From: an uncultured bacterium
GTDB taxonomy: Bacteria; Actinomycetota; Actinomycetes; S36-B12
Length of the DNA: 64,000 nucleotides
Direction of reading: 5' to 3'
Assembly (NCBI GenBank): GCA_963793105.1
Contig: CAWBZB010000003.1
Span: 74,770-138,769, forward strand
Positions 45,012 to 55,017 of the stretch are shown one piece after another; the stretch's first letter is position 1, and every line of letters starts with the position of its first letter. Position numbers and translations under genes: made by a program. The notes under the pieces are model-generated. The model was not told the origin of the DNA. It did no database searches and saw only the letters and a list, made by a program, of their open reading frames with translations.

Positions 45012-45527
45012 TCAGACGAGCAGTTGCCCCGCCAGGGCAATGCCCCACTCGCGGGCCCGCTCCACCTCACCCGGCTCGAGCGGTCCCTTCATGTCGACGA
45101 CCCGGAAGTTCTCGGCGCGGGCCAGTCGGCGGCCGCCCAGCCGCTTCAGGCCCTTCTCGATGCTCGAGGAGGCGTGGTCCATCGCCACCACCGCTTTCGG
45201 ATGCGATCCGCGGGTGTCGTACGCCGCCGTGCGCAGACCGTCCGGGAGGCTGGCCGCCTCCAGCCACTCGCGGACGCCGATCCCCTCGCTGACGACCGGT
45301 CCGTCCGCCTTCGACGCAGCGTCCGCGCGGGTGCTCGGTCGCGGCAGGCTCCACGCGTGGTTGGGTGCGCCGACCACGAGCAGGTCGACCCCCTCCACGG
45401 CGGTCGGCGCGTGCCCGACCTCCACCGCCTCGGCAGCGACCCCCGAGGCCCGCAGGCCCTCGGCCACGGCCGTCGCCACCTGCGCGTTGTCACCGAACAT
45501 CGACTCGTAGACCACCAGAGCCCTCAT
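45012..45527 (-). CDS. flavodoxin-like fold protein
   Basis: The internal ATG at 45527 gives MRALVVYESMFGDNAQVATAVAEGL... (171 aa). The upstream part of ORF 45012..45836 crosses the AT-rich promoter gap and is unlikely to be coding. Confidence 0.7.
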   Translation of the reverse strand: MRALVVYESMFGDNAQVATAVAEGLRASGVAAEAVEVGHAPTAVEGVDLLVVGAPNHAWSLPRPSTRADAASKADGPVVSEGIGVREWLEAASLPDGLRTAAYDTRGSHPKAVVAMDHASSSIEKGLKRLGGRRLARAENFRVVDMKGPLEPGEVERAREWGIALAGQLLV

Positions 45528-45622
45528 GCATCCACGGTAGCCACGCCCGGGGGGCGGAGTCGACCGGTGACGCCCGCGGCCCGGGGCGGTGCCGTCCGAG
45601 GAGTACCGCACGCCAGACAATG

Positions 45623-45663
45623 TTGATATCCTAATATTTGTTGTCCATAGAAAATCGTGGACA
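45623..45663. promoter_or_regulatory. candidate promoter/operator upstream of icmF operon
   Basis: AT-rich island. TTGATA at 45623-45628. Inverted repeat TGTCCA (45642-45647) N10 TGGACA (45658-45663). GAGGAG lies 5 nt before the GTG at 45699. Confidence 0.35.
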
Positions 45664-45698
45664 CACACCGGTATCCGCACGCCGAACGAGGAGTGCCC

Positions 45699-48600
45699 GT
45701 GACGCAGGACCCCGCTCCCCGGCACCCCGTCCGCTTCGTCACGGCGGCCAGCCTGTTCGACGGCCACGATGCCGCGATCAACATCATGCGCCGGATCCTG
45801 CAGTCGCAGGGCTGCGAAGTCATCCACCTCGGTCACGATCGCAGCGTCGAGCAGGTCGTCCGGGCCGCGATCCAGGAGGACGTGCAGGGCGTGGCCGTCT
45901 CGTCATACCAGGGCGGCCACGTGGAGTACTTCACCTACCTGCGCGAGCTTCTCGAGGCCGGCGGCGCAGCGCACGTCCGCGTCTACGGCGGCGGGGGCGG
46001 CGTGATCGTGCCCGAGGAGATCGTGCTGCTCGCCGATCGCGGCGTCCGGATCTTCTCCCCCGAGGACGGCCAGCGACTGGGGCTGGTCGGCATGATCGCC
46101 TCGATGGTCGAGGAGTGCGACGTGCCGCCGGCCGGCCGCCTTCCCGCCGTGGAGTCGGTCCTCAGCGGCCATGACCGCGAACTCGCGCGCGCCATCACCG
46201 TCCTGGAGAACGGCGAGGCACCCGCAGCCTGGCTGGCCCAGGTGCGCGAGGCGGCCGGGCGCCGGGGGTCGCCCGTGCTCGGCATCACGGGAACGGGCGG
46301 CTCGGGGAAGTCGACGCTCACCGACGAGCTGCTGCGCCGGTTCCGGGCCGACCACGAGGGCAAGCTCGCCATCGCCGTGATCGCGGTCGATCCCACTCGA
46401 CGCAAGGGCGGGGGCGCACTGCTCGGCGACCGCATCCGGATGAACGCCGTCGACCTGGGGTCGGTCTACTTCCGATCGCTGGCCACCCGAAGGCCCGGGG
46501 CCGAGATCCCCGAGCACCTGTCCGACGTGATCGCCGCCTGTCGGGCGACCCACGACCTCGTCATCGTCGAGACCCCGGGCATCGGTCAGGGCGACGCCGG
46601 CATCGTGCCCTTCGTCGACGCCACGCTGTACGTGATGACGCCCGAGTTCGGGGCGGCCTCCCAGCTCGAGAAGATCGACATGCTCGACTTCGCGGACGCG
46701 GTCGCCATCAACAAGTTCGAGCGGCGCGGCGCGGCCGATGCCAGGCGTGATGTCGCCCGGCAGCTCGTCCGCAACCGTGGGGCCTTCGGCGCATCGTGGG
46801 AGGACATGCCGGTCTTCGGCACGTCGGCCGCCCGGTTCGCGGACGACGGCGTCACCCACCTCTACCACCACCTGTCCGACCTCCTCGTGGACCGAGGCCT
46901 GGCCACCGGACCGGGTCGCCTCCCGAGGCTGGCCGGCAAGGAGCCGACCGCTCTGAGCACCATCGTCCCGCCGGCCCGCGCGCGGTATCTGGCCGAGATC
47001 GCCGAGACGGTTCGCGGGTACCACGCCACCACGGAGCGGCAGTCGGCCGTCGCGCGGCGGGCCCAGCACCTCCGGACGGCCGCCGACCTGCTGGCCCAGA
47101 ACGACTCGGACGCGTCCACCGTCGAGATGCTCCTCGCCGAACAGCAGGCCCAGCTGGATCCGCAGGTCGAGGCCCTGCTCGACGCGTGGCCGGCGGTCCG
47201 GGACCAGTACGCGGCCGACGAGGCGGTGGTCCGGGTTCGCGACCGCGAGCTGCGCACCGCCCAATGGCGGCAGACCCTCTCCGGATCACGCATCCCCCGG
47301 GTCGCGCTCCCCCGCACCCAGGACGACGGCGAGCTCGTCCGGTACCTGCGGGAGGAGAACGTTCCCGGCGCCTTCCCCTACACCGCCGGGGTCTTCGCGT
47401 TCAAGCGTGAGGGCGAGGCCCCCGCCCGGATGTTCGCGGGCGAGGGCGACCCCTTCCGCACCAATCGCCGATTCCACCTCCTCGCGGCCGGACAGCCCGC
47501 GACGCGCCTGTCCACCGCCTTCGACTCCGTGACGCTCTACGGCCGAGACCCGAACGAGGAGCCCGACGTCTACGGCAAGGTCGGCACGTCCGGGGTCTCC
47601 GTCGCCACCCTCGACGACATGAAGGCGCTGTACTCGGGGTTCGACCTCTGCGATCCGACGACGTCGGTCTCGATGACCATCAACGGCCCGGCGCCGACCA
47701 TCCTGGCCATGTTCATGAACACCGCTATCGACCAGCGCATGGAAGCGTTCAGGGAGCGGGAGGGACGCGAGCCGACCCCCGACGAGGCGGAGGGGATCCG
47801 CGCCTGGGTGCTGACGAATGTCCGGGGAACCGTCCAGGCGGACATCCTCAAGGAGGACCAGGGGCAGAACACCTGCATCTTCTCGACCGAGTTCTCGCTG
47901 CGCTGCATGGCCGACGTGCAGGAGTGGTTCATCGACCACGACGTGCGCAACTTCTACTCGGTGTCCATCTCGGGCTATCACATCGCCGAGGCCGGCGCGA
48001 ACCCCATCTCGCAGCTCGCCTTCACCCTCGCCAACGGCTTCACCTACGTCGAGTCCTACCTGGCCCGCGGGATGCACGTCGACGACTTCGCCTCGAACTT
48101 CTCCTTCTTCTTCTCCAACGGCATCGACGCGGAGTACACCGTGCTCGGCCGGGTGGCTCGACGCATCTGGGCCATCGCGATGCGGGACAGGTACGGGGCC
48201 GACGACCGAAGCCAGCGGCTGAAGTACCACGTCCAGACGTCCGGGCGCTCGTTGCACGCACAGGAGATGGACTTCAACGACATCCGCACCACGCTCCAGG
48301 CCCTGTGCGCGGTGTACGACAACTGCAACTCCCTGCACACCAACGCCTACGACGAGGCGGTCACGACCCCGAGCGCCCAGTCGGTGCGCCGCGCACTTGC
48401 CATCCAGATGATCATCGACCAGGAGTGGGGGCTCGCGAAGAACGAGAATCCCCTGCAGGGGTCCTACCTCGTCGACCAGCTGACCAGCCTCGTCGAGGAG
48501 GCGGTCCTGACCGAGTTCGACCGGATCTCCGACCGTGGCGGGGTGCTCGGCGCCATGGAGACCGGCTATCAGCGGGGGCGGATCCAGGACGAGTCGATGC

Positions 48601-48924
48601 GGTACGAGCAGATGAAGCACGACGGCTCGCTTCCCATCGTCGGGGTCAACACCTTCGTCAACCCCGAGGGCCACGCGGCGACCTCGTCCCTCGAGCTCGC
48701 CCGAGCCACCGAGGAGGAGAAGCGCTCGCAGGTCGCGCGACTGCGCGCGTTCCACGACGTCCACGCCGAACGAGGCGGAGACCGCCCTGACAGAACTCAA
48801 GGACGTCACATCATCGGGCGGCAATACATTTGCCTCCCTAATGCAGGCCGTCCGAGTATGCTCGCTCGGTCAGATCACCGCGGCGTTCTTCGAGGTCGGC
48901 GGCCAGTACCGGCGCAATGTCTGA
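45699..48924 (+). pseudogene. icmF: fused isobutyryl-CoA mutase (IcmF: B12-binding + MeaB-like GTPase + mutase), one +1 frame disruption about 150 nt before its stop
   Basis: N-terminal FVTAASLFDGHDAAINIMRR, P-loop GITGTGGSGKST, NKFE, and a large mutase domain. After ...RLRAFHDVHAE (about 48770) the conserved C-terminus EAETALTELKDVTSSGGNTFASLMQAVRVCSLGQITAAFFEVGGQYRRNV* is read in the +1 frame, with TGA at 48922-48924. Confidence 0.85.
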
Positions 48925-48957
48925 GCGGGCAGAGCGCCCCGGCAAGGGGAGGTTCTG

Positions 48958-49464
48958 GTGACCCAGGGACGCTCGCTGGAGACCGATCCCATCGAGGAGG
49001 CGCGCCGCCAGTGGGTCGCTCACGGCTGGGACGCTGCCGCCGACGGCATGGCCGCAGTCACCTCCATCGTCCGGGCCCAGCAGATCCTCCTGCAGCGCAT
49101 CGACGCCGTGCTCCGCCCGCTCGACCTCACCTTCGCCCGCTACGAGATCCTCACCCTGCTCTCCTTCACCAAGACCGGCGCACTGCCCATGACGCGCATG
49201 GGAGCCCTGCTCCAGGTCCACCCGACGAGCGTGACCAGCGCCGTCGACCGGCTCGAGGCCCAGGGATTCGTCGAGAGACTTCCGCACCCGACCGACCGGA
49301 GGGCCGTGCTCGCGTCCATCACCGCGTCGGGGCGGGAGCGGGCCGAGGCCGCGACGCTCGCCCTCAACGCGCACGTCTTCGAACGGCTCGGCATCACCGA
49401 GAACCAGACCGCCCAGCTCCGCACGGTGCTGCGGGCCCTGCGCGCCAACGCAGGGGACTTCTGA
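48958..49464 (+). CDS. MarR family transcriptional regulator
   Basis: 168-aa ORF with a GTG start after GGGGAGG. Winged-helix core ...FARYEILTLLSF...MTRMGALLQVHPTSVTSAVDRLEAQGFVERLPHPTDRR. Confidence 0.9.
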   Translation: MTQGRSLETDPIEEARRQWVAHGWDAAADGMAAVTSIVRAQQILLQRIDAVLRPLDLTFARYEILTLLSFTKTGALPMTRMGALLQVHPTSVTSAVDRLEAQGFVERLPHPTDRRAVLASITASGRERAEAATLALNAHVFERLGITENQTAQLRTVLRALRANAGDF

Positions 49465-49508
49465 CCTCGCGCCCGACCGGGCGCGCACGACACGAGAGAG
49501 TGACACGC

Positions 49509-50357
49509 ATGGATCGTCTTGGGGTCGTCGGCTGCGGGCTCATGGGAGCCGGGATCGCGGAGGTCGGCGCCCGCGGGGGTTGCTCCGTCATCGTCGTCGA
49601 CGCCTTCCCCGCGGCGCTGGAGCGCGCGCAAGGACGCATGGCCGCGTCGCTCGCCACGGCGGCCGCGCGCGGGAAGCTGCCGGAGCCGGCCGAGGCCGTC
49701 ATGGCGCGCATCACGTTCAGCACCGACCTGGGCGCCCTCGCGGAGCGGGAGATCGTCATCGAGGCGATCCGGGAGGCCGTGGACGACAAGGTCCAGCTCG
49801 TGGCAGACCTCGACGAGGTGCTGGATCGCTCATGCGTGATCGCCACGAACACGTCGTCGATTCCGGTCGCCCGGATCGCCGCCGCCAGCCGGCACCCCGA
49901 ACGCGTCGTCGGCACGCACTTCTTCAACCCGGTGCCGGTCATGCCCCTGGTCGAGGTCGTCGCCGCCCTCCAGACCTCGCCGGACGTCGTGGACCGCACC
50001 CATGAGTTCTGCGCCGAGGTGCTCGGCAAGAAGGTCATCCGCGCGGCGGACCGGTCCGGGTTCGTCGTCAACGCGATCCTCGTGCCCTACCTGCTCTCGG
50101 CCATCCGGTCACTGCAGAACGGGGTCGCCACCCGGGAGGACATCGACGAGGGCATGGTCGCCGGGTGCGGAATGCCGATGGGCCCGCTTCGCCTGTGCGA
50201 CATGGTCGGCCTGGACACCATGCTGCTCGTCTCCCAGAGCCTGTACGCCGAGCATCTGGACGCGGCATTCGCTCCCCCGGCGCTGCTGCGCCGCCACGTC
50301 GAGGCGGGCCTGCTGGGCCGCAAGTCCGGACGCGGCTTCTACGAGTACCTCGACTAG
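49509..50357 (+). CDS. 3-hydroxyacyl/3-hydroxybutyryl-CoA dehydrogenase
   Basis: ATG at 49509, in frame within the artefactual 1566-aa ORF. The 282-aa product has [12 protein letters not shown] (NAD-binding) and [13 protein letters not shown] motifs. Confidence 0.9.
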   Translation: MDRLGVVGCGLMGAGIAEVGARGGCSVIVVDAFPAALERAQGRMAASLATAAARGKLPEPAEAVMARITFSTDLGALAEREIVIEAIREAVDDKVQLVADLDEVLDRSCVIATNTSSIPVARIAAASRHPERVVGTHFFNPVPVMPLVEVVAALQTSPDVVDRTHEFCAEVLGKKVIRAADRSGFVVNAILVPYLLSAIRSLQNGVATREDIDEGMVAGCGMPMGPLRLCDMVGLDTMLLVSQSLYAEHLDAAFAPPALLRRHVEAGLLGRKSGRGFYEYLD

Positions 50358-50370
50358 CCAAGGAGACCCG

Positions 50371-51576
50371 ATGGACTTCGCCCCCACCCCTCGAAGTGCC
50401 GCCCTGGCGGACGCGCTCCGGGAGTTCCGGGACTCCCGCGTCCTGCCGGCCGAGAAGGAGTACCGCGCCTACCGCGCCCTGGTCGGCCCGGACGACCACA
50501 CCGTCCCGCCCATCGTCGAGGAGCTCAAGGCGGAGGCGCGCGCCCTCGGACTGTGGAACCTGTTCCTGCCCGACATCAGCGGCCTGTCGAACGTGGAGTA
50601 CGCCCCGCTGGCCGAGATCTCCGGGTGGAGCGTCGAACTGCTTCCCGAGGCGATGAACTGCCAGGCACCCGACACGGGGAACATGGAGATCCTGCACATG
50701 TTCGGCACCCCCGAGCAGAAGCAGCGGTGGCTGGAGCCGCTGCTGGACGGCAGCATCCGCTCCGGCTTCGCGATGACCGAGCCGCAGGTGGCCAGCAGCG
50801 ACGCCACCAACATCGAGTGCTCCATCCGGCGTGACGGCGACGAGTGGGTGGTCAACGGCACCAAGTGGTGGACGAGCGGGGGCAACGACCCGCGCTGCCG
50901 GGTGCTGGTCGTCATGGGCAAGACCGACCCCGACGCGCCGTCGCACCGCCAGCAGTCCATGGTCCTGGTCCCGACGGACACCCCGGGGGTCCAGGTCGAG
51001 CGGTCCACGACCGTGTTCGGCCAGCACGACCAGCCCGGCCACGCCGTGATCACGTTCACCGATGTCCGCGTGCCCGTCGACAACCTCCTGGGGCAGGCGG
51101 GGGATGGCTTCGCCATCGCCCAGGCCCGCCTCGGCCCCGGCCGCATCCATCACTGCATGCGGTCCATCGGCGCCGCCGAGCGCGCACTGGAGATGATGGT
51201 CGAGCGCGCGCAGAGCCGAGTGGCCTTCGGCGGCCCACTGTCGGAGCAGGGCACGATCCGGCAGGCGATCGCCGAGTCGCGCATCGAGATCGAGCAGGCG
51301 CGCCTGCTGACCCTGAAGGCGGCCTGGATGATCGACCAGAAGGGCGCCAAGGCGGCCCGCACCGAGATCGCGGCCATCAAGGTGGTGGCCCCGAGGGTCG
51401 CCTGCGCAGTCATCGACCGGGCGATCCAGGTCCACGGCGGCCTCGGCGTGAGCGACGACGTCCCGCTGGCCCGGATGTACGGGTGGCAGCGCGCCATGCG
51501 CATCTTCGACGGACCGGACGAGGTGCATCTGCGCTCGATCGCGCGCTGGGAGCTCGCTCGCCGGCCCCCGGCATGA
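50371..51576 (+). CDS. acyl-CoA dehydrogenase, ACAD10/ACAD11/FadE2-like clade
   Basis: ATG at 50371 after AGGAG. The 401-aa product has [18 protein letters not shown] and [21 protein letters not shown], motifs I associate with the ACAD10/11-type subgroup. Confidence 0.85.
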   Translation: MDFAPTPRSAALADALREFRDSRVLPAEKEYRAYRALVGPDDHTVPPIVEELKAEARALGLWNLFLPDISGLSNVEYAPLAEISGWSVELLPEAMNCQAPDTGNMEILHMFGTPEQKQRWLEPLLDGSIRSGFAMTEPQVASSDATNIECSIRRDGDEWVVNGTKWWTSGGNDPRCRVLVVMGKTDPDAPSHRQQSMVLVPTDTPGVQVERSTTVFGQHDQPGHAVITFTDVRVPVDNLLGQAGDGFAIAQARLGPGRIHHCMRSIGAAERALEMMVERAQSRVAFGGPLSEQGTIRQAIAESRIEIEQARLLTLKAAWMIDQKGAKAARTEIAAIKVVAPRVACAVIDRAIQVHGGLGVSDDVPLARMYGWQRAMRIFDGPDEVHLRSIARWELARRPPA

Positions 51577-52647
51577 CCGGCGACCACCCCGGGCTGCGAC
51601 TGGCGCCCGTCGTCGACTGGCTGGCCGAGGTCGGCATCGTGCTCGCCCCTCCGGTGTCGGCGCACCTGCTCACCGCCGGACGATCGAACGTGTCGTACCG
51701 GCTCACGGATGCGCACGGGCGACAGCGTCGTCCTGCGGCGCCCGCCGCTCGGGAACGTCATGCCCACCGCGCATGACATGGGACGCGAGCACCGCGTCCT
51801 CACCGGACTCGCCCGCGTCGGCTTCCCGGCGCCCCGGCCACTCGCCCTGTGCGAGGACGCCGACGTCAACGACAGCCCGTTCCTCATGATGGAGTTCGTC
51901 GACGGACGGATCGTGGCGACGTCCGAGGATGCCCAGGCCCTACCGGCGGCGGAGCGCGCGGAGGTCTCCCGCTCCCTGGTCCAGACCTGGTGCGCCTGCA
52001 CGCCGTCGACGTGACCGCGGCCGGTCTCACCGAATTCGGCCGCCCCGAGGGGTACCTGCCCCGTCAGCTCGCGCGATGGACCCAGCAGTGGGAGCTGACC
52101 CAGACCCGGCCGCTGCCCGTCATGGACGCACTCCGGCAGCGGCTCGGCGCCGACCTGTCGACGCTGCCCGACGACCAGCCGTGGGGGCTCGTTCACGGCG
52201 ACTACCGACTCGACAACGTCATGCTGGCCCAGGAGGGCGCCGACGTCCGCGCGGTCCTGGACTGGGAGATGTCCACCCTGGGCCATCCGCTCGCCGATCT
52301 CGGACTCACCCTCGTCTACTGGACGGAGCCGACCGACACGCTGCGCCGGCGCATTCCCGTCGCGGAGCGGCTCACCGACGCCACCGGCTTCTGGGACCGC
52401 CGCAGGATCATCGACGCCTACGCGGACGCAAGCGGACTGCCGATGGACCGCCTGGACACCTGCACAGCCCTGGCGTGCTTCAAGCTCGCCGTCATCACCG
52501 AGTCGATCCTCGCGCGGACCCTGATGGGCAAGCAGCTCGGCGTCGGCGCCGGAGCACGCCGAGGCCATGGGGGTGGCCACCGAGTCGCTCGCCGCACTCG
52601 GGCTGCGGGTGCTCGAGTCCGGCGCCGTCGACGGCTTGTCCTCCTAG
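51573..52647 (+). pseudogene. APH-family phosphotransferase (ACAD10 N-domain/LvaA-like kinase), three frame disruptions
   Basis: ATGA overlap with the ACAD stop. The pieces are [17 protein letters not shown]...GRSNVSYRLTDAHG (frame 0), SVVLRRPPLGNVMPTAHDMGREHRVL...SRSLVQT (frame 1) and LVRLHAVDV...LVHGDYRLDNVML...LDWE... (frame 0). The last piece, EHAEAMGVATESLAALGLRVLESGAVDGLSS* (frame 1), ends at TAG 52645-52647. Confidence 0.75.
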
Positions 52648-52685
52648 CCGCCCCACCCCCCCCGCCCCATCCCATCCCATCCCTC

Positions 52686-52753
52686 CTCCGCGAGTGGCCA
52701 GCTGTCGCTGCTCCTTCGCCCCGAAGAACAGCGACAGCTGGCCACTCGCGGAG
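52686..52753. terminator. 25-bp perfect inverted repeat (bidirectional terminator candidate / palindromic element core)
   Basis: CTCCGCGAGTGGCCAGCTGTCGCTG (52686-52710) and its exact reverse complement (52729-52753). The 18-nt spacer contains a further CTTC/GAAG stem. It is flanked by a complementary C-rich (52648-52685) and G-rich (52754-52772) run, between convergent genes. Confidence 0.7.
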
Positions 52754-52782
52754 AAGGGAGCGGGGCGGGGTGCCACGCTGGC

Positions 52783-53718
52783 TCAGATCGGGGGCGACTC
52801 GCTGGGCACGGTTCGCGACCCGGCCCGGATCACCAGCACGATGCCCGCGAACATGAGCGCCACCGCCGGGATGATGCCGACCGGGGGCAGCTGCCCGAGC
52901 GCGATGGCCGCGATGATGGTCGCGCCCGGCATCTCGAGGAGGATCGCCAGCGACACGACGGTGGCCGACGTCGTCGACAGCACCTTGTTGATCAGCGTGT
53001 GACCCAGCAGTTGGGCGCCGAGGGTCAGCGCCAGGATGAGGCCCCACGCCTGCGCCGAGAAGCCGAACAGCGGCTGCTGCCCGACCAGGCACAGGGCCAG
53101 CAGCAGCACGGCAGCCGTCCCGTACAGACCGGTCGTGAGCGTGGATGTCGAAACCGTGCGACGGGCGCTCTCGCTGACGGTCACATAGGCCGCGGCGAGC
53201 ATGGCTCCGATCAGCGCGAGCACGTCGCCGATCAGGTGACGCGGATCGACCGACACGTCGATCCCCGTCAGGATCAGCACTCCGACCAGCGCGATCGCGA
53301 TGCCCACCCAGGCGGTGCGAGGGATGTGCGCACCGCGTTGGCGGGCGATCAGCGCGGCCCACACCGGCTGCGTCGCGACCAGCGCCGTCGACGACGCGAC
53401 GGTCGTGAACCGCAGCGACGGGATCCACGTCGCGAAGTGCGCCCCGAGCAGGAGCCCCGCGCTGACCACGAGCCACCACTCGCGCCGCGACAGACGCAGG
53501 AGCTCGGCCCGCCTGCGAAGCAGCACCCAGGGCGCGGTCGCCGCCGAGCCGAGGAAGCAGCGCCAGAAGGCGATGGCCAGGGCCGGCGCGACGGTGGCCG
53601 CGATGATCGGGCCTGAGGACGAGATGAACAGGACCGCGACACCCAGCCAGGCGAGATCCGCGGCCGGTGGCCGACTCAGCGCGCCCCGAGGCAGGGCGGG
53701 GTCCATCGGTACTGTCAT
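52783..53718 (-). CDS. EamA/DMT superfamily transporter
   Basis: The internal ATG at 53718 gives a 311-aa, about 10-TM protein with two EamA-like halves. The remainder of ORF 52783..54561 is antisense to the next gene. Confidence 0.85.
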   Translation of the reverse strand: MTVPMDPALPRGALSRPPAADLAWLGVAVLFISSSGPIIAATVAPALAIAFWRCFLGSAATAPWVLLRRRAELLRLSRREWWLVVSAGLLLGAHFATWIPSLRFTTVASSTALVATQPVWAALIARQRGAHIPRTAWVGIAIALVGVLILTGIDVSVDPRHLIGDVLALIGAMLAAAYVTVSESARRTVSTSTLTTGLYGTAAVLLLALCLVGQQPLFGFSAQAWGLILALTLGAQLLGHTLINKVLSTTSATVVSLAILLEMPGATIIAAIALGQLPPVGIIPAVALMFAGIVLVIRAGSRTVPSESPPI

Positions 53719-53755
53719 GACCGGACTCCTCCCCTGTCGGCGGTAGCCTTTCGAC

Positions 53756-55015
53756 GTGACGACCGGCGCAGCGACCCGAGTATTCCTCGCTCGCCTGGCC
53801 GGCATTGGCGTCTTCGACCCCAATGGCGACCAGGTGGGCAAGGTACGCGATGCCATCGTCGTCCTCCGCATGGGCGCCCACCCGCCGCGACTCACCGGAC
53901 TCGTCGTGGAAGTCCAGCCCAGGCGCCGCATCTTCATCCCCATGACCAAGGTGACCGCCATCGACGCCGGCCAGGTCATCGTGACCGGCGCCGTCAACCT
54001 GCGCCGGTTCGAGCAGCGCAGCAACGAGACGCTGGTCGCGGCCGAGCTGCTCGACCGGACGGTCGACCTCCTCGAGACCGGCGAACGGGTGACGTTGCTC
54101 GACGTGGCGGTCGAGAAGGCCCTGTCCCGCGACTGGTACGTGACGCAGCTCTTCGTCCGCAAGCCGGGTGCCGGACTCCGGCGCCGCGGTGCCACCCTCG
54201 TCGTGGACTGGGCGGACGTCGCCGGCCTCTCGCTGCCGGTCACGGACCAGCCAGCCGAGCAGCTGCTCTCCCAGATGGACACCATGCGGGCCGCGGACGT
54301 CGCCGACGCGCTGCAGGACCTGTCGCCGAAGCGTCGGCTCGAGGTCGCCCGCAACCTGGACGACGAGCGGCTCGCCGACGTCCTGGAGGAGCTGCCGGAC
54401 GACGACAGCGTCGAGATCATGCAGGCCCTGGAGGCCGAGCGCGCGGCCGACGTGCTCGAGGAGATGGACCCGGACGATGCCGCGGACCTGCTCTCCGAGC
54501 TGCCCCCGGACCAGGCCGAGGATCTGCTGGAGCGGATGGAACCCGACGACGCCGAGGACATCCGGCGCCTGCTGTCCTACGACGACTTCTCTGCCGGCGG
54601 GATGATGACGACGGAGCCGGTCGTCCTGCCTCCCGACGCGACCGTCGCGGACGCCCTGGCCCGCATCCGGACCCCCGAGCTCCCCCCGGCGCTGGCCGCG
54701 CAGGTCTACGTCACGCGCCCGCCCACGGAGACCCCCACCGGCCGCTACCTCGGGGCATGCCACTTCCAGCAGCTACTCCGCGAGCCGCCTGGGACCCTCG
54801 TGTCCTCGCTCGTCGACGGCACCCTCACGCCCATCGGCCCGGATGCTCCGCTGGACGTGATCACTCGCTACTTCGCCGCCTACAACCTCGTCGCCCTGCC
54901 GGTCGTCGACGAGAGCGGCCACCTGCTCGGCGCCGTGACCATCGACGACGTCATCGATCACATGCTCCCCGAGGACTGGCGCGACAACGATGACGACACT
55001 GCGGGAGGTGCCTGA
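53756..55015 (+). CDS. MgtE N-terminal domain + CBS pair protein (no membrane domain)
   Basis: 419-aa ORF with a GTG start. An acidic MgtE_N-like helical region (DLLSELPPDQAEDLLERMEPDDAEDIRRLL) is followed by CBS-like repeats. No TM segments. Confidence 0.8.
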   Translation: MTTGAATRVFLARLAGIGVFDPNGDQVGKVRDAIVVLRMGAHPPRLTGLVVEVQPRRRIFIPMTKVTAIDAGQVIVTGAVNLRRFEQRSNETLVAAELLDRTVDLLETGERVTLLDVAVEKALSRDWYVTQLFVRKPGAGLRRRGATLVVDWADVAGLSLPVTDQPAEQLLSQMDTMRAADVADALQDLSPKRRLEVARNLDDERLADVLEELPDDDSVEIMQALEAERAADVLEEMDPDDAADLLSELPPDQAEDLLERMEPDDAEDIRRLLSYDDFSAGGMMTTEPVVLPPDATVADALARIRTPELPPALAAQVYVTRPPTETPTGRYLGACHFQQLLREPPGTLVSSLVDGTLTPIGPDAPLDVITRYFAAYNLVALPVVDESGHLLGAVTIDDVIDHMLPEDWRDNDDDTAGGA

Positions 55016-55017
55016 TC

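Noticed and set aside
45657-50357. 1,566-aa ORF suggesting a giant IcmF-dehydrogenase fusion protein
   Set aside because: About 245 central codons are low-complexity and overlap the MarR gene in a different frame. The true IcmF C-terminus and stop are in the +1 frame (TGA 48922-48924). The dehydrogenase has its own ATG at 49509.
52648-52685. C-rich run (CCGCCCCACCCCCCCCGCCCCATCCCATCCCATCCC) as a possible actinobacterial 6C sRNA
   Set aside because: In 6C RNA the C-runs sit in two hairpin loops. Here the C-run is base-paired with a G-run on the other side of a single long palindrome. It also lies at a convergent gene end.
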